NCBI RefSeq assembly: GCF_964204645.1
Contig: NC_134028.1
Span: 24,796,345 to 24,860,344 of the forward strand
From: Tubulanus polymorphus
Lineage: Eukaryota > Animalia > Nemertea
Direction of reading: 5' to 3'
Length of the DNA stretch: 64,000 bases
Each line of letters begins with the position of its first letter. Position 1 is the first letter of the stretch. The translations under genes were made by a program, and so were the position numbers. Positions 54,901 to 64,000 of the stretch are shown one piece after another. The notes below the pieces were generated by a model, which worked only from the letters and a program-made list of their open reading frames with translations, did not search any database and was not told the DNA's origin.

Positions 54901-57008
54901 TTTACTATAAGCATTTGAATTCTATAGTATATCATGTATAACGTTATGAGTATTCCTGATGACTACTGGTAGATATACCGGTAGTCGAATAATCATTAAC
55001 TCAAGCAATAGAATAGAATAGAAATTTATCTAACATTACATTATTTGACATAATAACGGTATTACATAAGATATGGAAAGGAAGGAAAGTATCACAAAAT
55101 CATAAGGGCTACATCGAGGAAAGATTTTGGACTTTTACTCAAAATGAAAAGTTAATGTTATTTCATATGAATCAAATTCGTTCATGCCTCCACAGTTTTG
55201 ATTGATGCTTTTCATGTTACATAGTGAAGATGATTACAAATGAAATGGGTATTGGTCAGGAGTCAGTCACAGGGGCAGATTTAGGGAGTGGTCTCGGGGG
55301 TCCGGACTCCTGCTTTTCCATTGAGGTTGCCGTTTTTCTCAATTCAAATATTGTTAAAACCTGCAAATTTGATGTTCATTCTTTTGGAAATTGCATATTT
55401 TCGGATGCAGTTCTGTAAAAAAAAATCTACCTCCAAAGGTTGTTGATGTTAGTAGCAAATGACATGACTGCTTTATCTGGAAAAAATACCTTTTCTTGTC
55501 TTCTGGACCCCGGCCTTCCAATTTTCCTAGATCCGCCCCTGAGTCAATCGAAAGCGGCAACATGAACCAAACTCTTTCAGGTCAGTAACGACGAGCTGAA
55601 ACAGCAGACGCCGCCGGCTGTAGTCAAAATGCGACCAACGCGTTTCTCACCTCGCGTTATTCGTCTTGTTTTACATCGCGATATTAATCCTGATTATTTT
55701 GCGATGTTGCTTGAGAAATTACCATATGTTTTTGCTGACGTTCTACATCGAGGTACAGTTTGATAGAAAAAGGTGGCTTCGTTGTGTCTGTATTTAGAAC
55801 CTGGGATTCCTATGAGTATTGTAATGGTAATCATGGTTCTCACAGGACATACCCGGTACAGTGTGGCCACTGACCTGGAAAACCACGAAACACAAGGGAA
55901 AAACTTGGGAAGAATTTTGAATTCATGTCTCTGAGGGAACCATAAGTATCGGTAATAGTAACATCTCTTGTTTGCAACAGGTGTTTTTTTGTTGATGCTT
56001 TTCATCATTTTTATGAACAACAATAAAATGGCAACGATTGAGAACTTCTTTGCTCTGTTTCGGTCATGTCTAACATTAGTACATGAATGAACATCAGTCA
56101 CTTCTAACTTCACTAGAAAATTCACAGTGATTGTTTTTGATAGCTGACTTGCACCCGTCTTGCTTCACTAACAGAATGGCAATAGATGTAGGTAGAAACT
56201 GTCTATAACACTGAGAACTGGTTTTCATAATTATATTCCCTGCATTTCCTTACCTTATTAATGTTTAAATTTTAATGCTTATGTTGTTTGATATATCTTA
56301 CATACTCGCTTGCCAGGATTTGATTGGATCCCGCTGAGGCTCACACCAACACAACCCCTGACTGCGGACCCTTCATTGGTCTGTTAAATCGTTACATTGC
56401 CCAAGATTACTTTGGCTTAGCGGCCTCCAATTTCTGTATAAAGTCAATCAGAATCGTTGTCTGAAATCTTCAGCGGTGTAATAGACCTGAGGGTTTGCGA
56501 CCAGGGCTTGGTGTGAGGCATTCAAACCCTGGCAAGCAAGGATGTGTATCTTAATGTAGGAATTCATATATTCAACAAAGATAGATAGTGTATTTTGGTA
56601 TAATTGTAGTCAGTAGAACTCGGATAAGTGATCAGTATTTTTGAGTCCTGGTTACTGACTCTGCTATAGTCTATGACGCCTTGCTTTATCTGAAAAATGC
56701 ATTAGTCATTTCTTTGAACTGTTGCCTTCGAATTTTCCCCCGAGGGGGCAGTAGATCAGGTCTCTACTGTAGTGTGTCTACCCAGGATTACATGACATTT
56801 CCTGCTTTTTCAGGTGACGGAAGCTGAAAGAGCAGAATTAGGCGAAGAAATAGTCGTGCAGCTATTGGCATTCTCCGAGAAACTGGTCCGTTTTGTCACC
56901 CATCAAAATTTAGATTCCGTCTCAGTTGAAAAGGCGACTAGAAAAATGAAATTCGTTCTGGACGAATACGCTTTGAAGCACTGCACTAACGAGGCAATTA
57001 ATTCATAG
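51972..57008 (+). CDS. Low-specificity L-threonine aldolase (PLP-dependent), probably mitochondrial; 9 exons plus an alternative last exon at 55581-55763
   Basis: [11 protein letters not shown]; [12 protein letters not shown]; [14 protein letters not shown]; HIFLYEQGG; CVENTHN; [10 protein letters not shown]; CFSK|GLGAPIGS (PLP lysine); [12 protein letters not shown]. The N-terminus is Arg/Ser-rich like a presequence. The start codon is inferred. Confidence 0.93.
55269..55541. mobile_element. MITE-like element with CAGGGGC(G/A)GAT(C/T)TAG termini
   Basis: caggggcagatttagg ... cctagatccgcccctg. Related sequences at ~35271-35498, ~36453-36648 and ~22379. Confidence 0.6.
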
Positions 57009-58658
57009 GAATTCGGATCAGTATTTCTTTCTCAGCTGATGTTACAATGGAAAGTCAAAATCAATTGATTCAATGATGATTCCGGTTTGTTCTATTAAGA
57101 TACGCTGCTTAATAGAAAACGGAACACCCCAGCCCCAGATAAAATTATAGAAAAATCTATTTTAAGAAAATCAACATTTTGACTTGTGGTCTTCAATTGT
57201 TAGATTGACTACAATGAGCTAAGATTGATCTTAAATCGAAGCCATGACTGTGTGAAACTGTATAGAGATATATCTATTCAATTATTGTTGATTATGCATT
57301 TCGATTATATTTACATTTATAATTATATTATACAGCATGTTACTGTACGTTTTGAAAAAGTGTTGAAATGATTTTATTATCAATGATGGTATTAAGGTTT
57401 TTATTGTTAAATATTGAGAAAATAAGAAGTGATTTTATCTTTATATATGATGTTTATGGTGTTTTACATCATCCTTGGAAATTTAGCTTTTACACGTACC
57501 AACAGTTTCCATAGTCTTGTACACAGCCATGGTTCGTAAACAACCCCTCTTGGGGGAACCCGTACATTTTCTGGTCTTGGTTGCTTCATGTTGGTGTGGG
57601 CTTCGGTAAAAGGCAACAAGCCCTGGCGAGTGAGACAATGAGGACTTGTGCAAGATTTTTCTCAGGTAGATTTCTCAACTGATAGTCTAACAGGCCCAAG
57701 GGCAAATTTAGCTGGACCCATATTTTTAGCCAAGATAACTTAGGATCTTCAGTAACCGAGGATCCCAACAGACCTCCTGAAAGGCTGCCCACCTACAGAG
57801 GTTGCTCTTCATATACTATGTTACTGTATAATCTAAATTCCTGAATCCGTCTCTGACCTGGCTTAGTCTTTGTGATGTCTACTTTTGAATCCAGCATCTC
57901 TACGAGGATATGCTTAACAACCAACAGCAGCAATAATCAAAAAAAGGACTACAGTTGACTAATTTTATTATCTCAAGAAAATAGTTATATATAAACGAGT
58001 ATTATTAAGGACAAAATCACATCCGTACATGTGTAAAAATCACCATTCTATAAACACAATTCATTACTATTTATGTTATGAAAACAGGAAATTTGTTTAG
58101 TAAATCAACAATATAAATACAACTGATTGATTCCAGTTCATCATAGATATATATATTTATCGAGGTAAACTGTTTCATAAATCCAGTGGCGAGACTGATG
58201 TTAAGTGGAATTTTCACATTTTTCATCGGGTACCTTCAACTTTTCTTCACTCTTAGAACCTAGATTTTTCAAATAAGAATTATAAGAAAGTACGAATATT
58301 CTTTAATTTGAGTATTGTGAGAAACAGTTTCTCTCATGATGCCGAGAAGCAAGAAGGTTTGTAGTTGAAATTGACAGACTGATTCCAAACCAATAGGTCA
58401 AAATGAACAGTATCACAAATGATACGCGCACATATATGCAGCATGTGCTTCTCAAGGTAAAACAGAAGAACACTCCATAAAAGCACATCGGAATTCTCTG
58501 CAAACGAAGTTTGATATTTTTCCTCATTTCTTAACATCAATCTCACTCTACAAATCAGATGCTATATACCGGTAGTCGGACAGAGTCAATCGTTGACAAA
58601 TGAGTTTATGAGCGTGTTGTTTCTCAAACTCACAAACTGATCTGTGATAAATCGTTCA

Positions 58659-60482
58659 CTACAGGTCAGTATTTCGTATGAATCGATTTCCTTCGGAATG
58701 ACGACCGTAATACACATATTTCGACACGCCGTAAGAGCCTGAAAATAACCAGAAACCGCTAAAATACGTAAGTCCTTAAAAGAAATTAACTAGACTTGAA
58801 AACTCATTCAGAATTTTCTTAGAATGAGAAACAAATCAATGCTAAGGAATTCGGGGGCCACAGTGGGAGCCATTTCAAAGAATGACTTATATCAGTCACA
58901 GTAAACACACAATACTGATGATAAAATTCAACAAAAATTCAAATTCCCCGACTTTTCCCCTGACTCTCAAGACAAGAAGAGCCAAATTTCCCTGATTTTT
59001 CCTGCAAGAAATAATTGAAATTCCCTGATATTTGTTGATCTACAAGAACTCTGTAACACTTACCGACTGGACCATTTGGTTGTGCTGTATTTTCAGGTAA
59101 AGGAGTGTATGGCGATGGTCTTTCCGGTTCGCAATAAGTCATCTACAAAATGAATTTCTAAAATGAAGCACCCTCTATAGACAACCCTTCGAGTTGATGT
59201 CTAGACCGTGAAAAGAAGAGATTGAGTGTTTTATAAATGGATCTAGATTTCTATATATCATTACCATATCGTCATCACGAGCTTTCACAGTTTTCAAAAA
59301 CTCGCCAACTCGCTCCGCTTCAGACCGTTCAAAATCAGTAACTGGCGATGCATCGATGAACTTCAAATTCGGTAAATTGTGTAACAAATAAAGCCTGAAA
59401 TATACCGTACAGTATAGTTTAGTTGATGAACTTGCTTATGTGGTTTATTTGAAAATCTATCAGAATGAAAGTCAATGATCAAATGAACAAAATAACTCGA
59501 AAGTCATAACTCGAAATATTTGACATGGGTTAACCCAAAGGATAAATCTACTATTCACACTATGTGAAAAGAAGACCTTCTAAAATTGAATGTTTTATAC
59601 CTGTATTTCTGGTAATCATCATCATCTTTCTCGATGTTCGACAGCTGATTAGGACAGGCCAGATTTCCCAGCAGACTGATGTACGTCAGCGACGGTAAAC
59701 TCGTTCTTATTTTGTCGATCAGGACGTCTAGATCTGATATTTACGATCGTCAAAGATGAAATGCTGTCATACAGAAAATCCCACAATCAATCCATAAAAC
59801 ATAATTTTGTAGTTAAATCAAGTATTCCTGGAGATGATCACTAGGATATACATGTAGTCTAAATGTCGATAATAAATCATTAACTAAAGGAACTCATTTT
59901 CCTTCTCTGAATGAGAAGTTTCTATATCATCACTACAACACAGGCTGCATCGTTTTCAGAATGGTTTGTAAAATGTCACCATCTCTTTTTGAATATGCAA
60001 TGAATCTAGATATTTGTTAAAAAAGATCAAGAATGGTCGTTTTGTAAAAGGATATTTGATTTTTATTCAGCATGAGCGTGTGTAGATTTTCTAATGGTGG
60101 AATTTCTGTGTTGTTGTTTATCTTATTATTGTCAAGTACAAGTTCTTCTAAATGTGTGAATGGCCTTACATCGTCCAGTGAGCTAGAAATATAGATCATT
60201 TTCAAAGTGACAAATCATGATAATGATAACGGAATCATTTGGTCTAGCACGAACATTCTCAAGACGAGCATTCCATAAGATAGGGCAAAGGTAGCTATTG
60301 AAAGCTTTTTTCCCCATCTTTCGGTGTCAGTTGCTTTGAAGAATAAGCTTATTTAGCTATCATGAACTCTAACAATTTTACCTGAACTGATTAAAACTCA
60401 AATCTAGACATCTAACGAGCTCGCTGTATTTAGAGATGATATCTTCAGACAGTTGATCGACATCTGCCCCGATACAAGAAAG
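58659..60482 (-). CDS. LRMDA: Leucine-rich melanocyte differentiation-associated protein (C10orf11)-like; first coding exon not located
   Basis: LSCIG..LDLSFNQ; LEELVLDNN; LHTLMLNKNQ; ISLLGNLACPNQL..DDDDYQKYR; LPNLKFID; YTPLP; C-terminus YGVSKYVYYGRHSEGNRFIRNTDL followed by stop. Confidence 0.9.
59741..60055 (-). other. Putative U12 (minor spliceosome) intron in LRMDA with AT-AA termini
   Basis: 5' site |ATATCCTT; branch-like TTCATCTTTGAC just upstream of the 3' end; the junction restores NKNQ|ISDLD. Confidence 0.75.
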
Positions 60483-63400
60483 CTACAAAAATAAATAAAC
60501 ATAGTGAGAATGCAATTATAAAGCAGTCTTTCCTTTGCAAGATTTTCTCAGAGAACTAGCAGGGATGAAATCAATTGGACTAAAATTAAAGAAATCCCAT
60601 GATATAATGATTCAACAACTAAAATCTGTTATCCTGATATTTCGTGAAGATTATTCCTTCTCATGTTTAGAGATGAATAAATCTCTGAAGATGGAGAGGA
60701 GAAAATGGCAAGTGATACTTTGCCACAATAGTACGGCATTATTCCCGTTAACATTAAAAAATGAGAGCGGATAGGGCAGTATTCAAAGCATATTGATTTA
60801 ACTCTAAACCACTAAGGATTGCCCAATTCTCTAATGTTTTAACTACATAGAGCACTCAACCTAACCCTATCCCTAGCAGTAAAACGAACCCTTTTTAGAC
60901 TAATCCTCATAACCATCTGGATCCTCTTAACCCTAATCCTAAACCTAATAATTCTATTGCTATTTACATTTGTATATCTTATCATATATAGATGTCAGCA
61001 AAATGGCTTTCACTAAAATAATGATGCGCTGGCAAAATATCCACTTCCAAAGAAAAACTAAGTGGTCAGTCGGAAATGTCAGGATTTTGTTAATTGTGTG
61101 GAATAAGCTACAGGAGTCATTTTCACAGTCAAGGCTTCCACTCATACAGGTCTAAGACAATTTTCACATCTTTAAATATGTGTTTGACATTTCTCCTGCT
61201 GTTGTCACTCATATGCACACAGTCAGTCAGCAGGTCCCTGCTGACCTCGTAGGGTTTTCAGATCACGTGACCAAAACCGGCCATAGTGCCGTTTTTTCCC
61301 ACTTCAAAAGTTATGAACTTGATAAATCTTATAATTGTCATCCGATTTACTTGAACTAAATTTATGAGGAAAGATAATAAGCATCTTGTACTGTGTTGAA
61401 AATTCCATGTTAATGCGCGGCGTAGTTCGTGAGTTACAAGCTGTTGGACTCCAGCCAACTTTAGATTGTTGATTGACAGGTGCGCGTGTACTCTTCACCG
61501 CGGATTTCGAAAAATGCAGTTTTGAGATGCCCATCTTCTAGGCGATACTGCAGAAAAGGGGCGGGACTGGGGATCACGAAACCTTCACAGGTGTTTTCAA
61601 AACTTCTTGATTGACATCCAGGTATGCCGTACTTGTTTGTACCGGCAATTTGACCGATTTTGCGACACTTAAAAGATTTTAACGCAATATATTTCATCAA
61701 ATTTTGAAATTTAGAAATTAGTTCTCCCCCAGGTGGAAAAATATAGTAGTTTTAGTGTATATTGCAAAAGGTTTTAGTTAGATTCGTTAAGCCATCGCTC
61801 TCGACTTTTGGGTTAAATTTGGGAAGTATCGAAAAAATTGCTACATCCGGGCATTTTCATTCACTTCCGGGTTCGCGTTAGCGTTTGTTTACATGTGTAA
61901 ATCAGCTGTTTACGCTAGTTTTAAGTTGTTTTAAGTCATTTTCTCACAGAATCAATGAAATTTATGATAATTACTTTATATTGAGCAACTTTGGGGAAGA
62001 TGTCGCCGATAAAGCTCAAGAAATCCCGTGTGTCATTCTGAAGGCCTTAGGCCTACCTCATCAATCACACTGAAAAAGCAGCTAGATGAACCCCCAGCCT
62101 CTCCCCAATAAAAATGTCCATATGAAACCTAAATTGAAATGAAAATACAATATATATTTATCAAAAAATCATTTATTTATGTTTTGCAAGCTACAATTGA
62201 AACGGCCAAAGCTGACTCCTACTCGTAGTCAATTATCATCTTCCTTGGACTTGGGCCGCCACAAAATTTATAATTGCTGTATTTTATTGCTCATATGAAA
62301 TTCTCAATCCACAATTCCATTAACTTATCTATATTGAAGCTTATTTAGATAAGATGGTTGCAGTTTAAATAACTCCATCTCAGTGAGAGTTAAAGCTTTT
62401 AGGACTTGGCCTACATTTTGCATAATGATTCTTTTAAGAGGGGTTGGCTTATTTAACATCATAGTTCTTAGAGTGACCTGCAAAAGATAAAAGTTTCAAT
62501 TGATAGATCCTTCTTCAAGTACTTTACATACCATAAAGGTTCTTTCTGGATCTTTTTTAGCAACGAGGATCCAATAGGCCTAACGTGACTTGGCCTAAAT
62601 TTGAAATTCAAGAATTCTTACTGGATCACTAATATTTTCTTACCAATCAACTGAACGCATGAATCCTGATTAAATAGAGGAAGCTGGGGTAAATACGATC
62701 AGTCTGATACCAATCATGATGCTTTTTTGGGTTTGAAATACTTTCCGAGCGCCGACAACCATTTGAATCCCAAATATCAATTGTTGCTATTGTGGTTACC
62801 ATGGCAACCAACTTTTATGTGTTGCGATGTCTGTGGTAAATTATAGTCGGATATATTTATCCCTGTGAAGTCCTAACACAAATAAGTAAACATTTATCCT
62901 TTGTTTTTAGCTGATGAATACCTGGAACTGGCAATGAGCCAATTAATTAAGCTAATTACCCTTAATTGGCTTAATTAATAATTAGTTTAAGATTTATAAT
63001 CAATAAGAAAAGTATTATTCTGTATTTTCCCAAAGTTTGATTGAAATCGGATGACAAATCCCAAAGATATACAAGTTTCTTTTCTACTTTCAATTATTTC
63101 TTAACTAAGAAATTGATCATTTGGTCACCATTTGACCTTGTGACCTTTAGTTCATTTCCTAATGAAGACTCTATGGCTGAGAAGTGTGGTTTTCAGCCGA
63201 CAAATTCCTTCATAACTTTTGAACGGCTTCACCGATTTTAGTTCTGTAAATTGCTATGATCTTATATTAAACCCTTCTTTCATCTAGGCCTTTTCAATTG
63301 TTTGTATAGTGTTTGGAAAATTTTCACTTGAAAACCCTCTAGGCCTACCCGGTTCTCTTCAGCTGCAAACACAACGTTCACATCGACATCGTCATCGTTA

Positions 63401-63740
63401 TCAACTTCATTTGTCGTACTGTCATCATGTGGACTTCTTTCAACTGGAGCAATTTCCATTTCTAATGACCTTTTCAAAGACTTGATAACTCCGCTACTCG
63501 ATGAAATAAGCTGAAAATATATCTAAATTCTTAATGTTTAATTTACAGTCCATCCACCATATTGGAATGTCACATGACTTCTGTTTGACAGCTGAAGCAG
63601 AACAACCTTGAGAATCGAGTATTAACATTCACCGAATCAATTCTCGGAGCCACCCGCTATTGTGAACCAGGAAGTAATAAACAAGAAGCGAAGCGGCTCG
63701 TGCGAAAATTGTTCTCGTCTTTTTCTGTTAATTGGTTAAA

Positions 63741-63857
63741 ATGGGCATGAGAGCTGACGCTAATGGTATTAAACTGGGACTGCACAGTTTAGAAAGTCGA
63801 CTTGAAACGTTTAATGATTGGCCTTTTGCCAGTGACTGTCTGTGCACTCCAGAAAAA
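63741..63857 (+). CDS. BIRC5: Survivin-like BIR protein, exon 1 (gene continues beyond the window)
   Basis: RLETFNDWPFASDCLCTPEK followed by a GTGAGT donor. This matches the start of the survivin BIR domain (R..TF..WPF...C.CTPE) and its first intron position as I recall it. Confidence 0.8.
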
Positions 63858-64000
63858 GTGAGTAGTTCAACTTGCTTGACTCGTTCAACAAGTCGTTGTT
63901 GAGACTGAGAACACTTTTCAGAATCATCCAGGTGGCTTAGCTTGAAACATTGGCAGTTGAAACCACAGGCACTTGAATATGGGCTTTGATAATGGATAAA

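Noticed and set aside
60857-60950. Degenerate CCCTAA telomere-like repeats
   Set aside because: Too short and degenerate; probably a repeat-element remnant.
62300-63510. Exon-like minus-strand segments (acidic ORF 63280-63477) divergent from survivin
   Set aside because: Splice-like sites exist, but I could not build a continuous frame or recognise a family. It may be non-coding or a 5' extension of LRMDA.

Overview
This is intron-rich animal (invertebrate-type) genomic DNA, not prokaryotic. The left 15 kb holds a tandem array, on the minus strand, of a bacterial-type Rhs/Tc-B-C (YD-shell) toxin gene that looks domesticated by the animal. It has an N-terminal signal peptide and GT-AG introns. 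The domains are SpvB/TcaC-like, then a 7-bladed fungal PVL-type lectin propeller, YD repeats, an Rhs core ending in DPSG, and a ~260-aa Gly/Ala-rich C-terminal cargo. One copy is complete (6738-12788, ~1987 aa spliced), a second runs off the left edge (offset 8291 bp), and a third is an inverted pseudogene fragment (~14664-14972). The two intact copies differ mostly in the lectin motifs. The array is contiguous with ordinary animal genes: BMPER/Crossveinless-2 (only two VWC domains), HELZ, MRPL58/ICT1, an L-threonine aldolase with two homologous alternative last exons, LRMDA with an apparent AT-AA U12 intron, and exon 1 of survivin. MITEs, minisatellites and LINE fragments are also present. 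All calls come from reading the sequence and recalled motifs; no searches were run.
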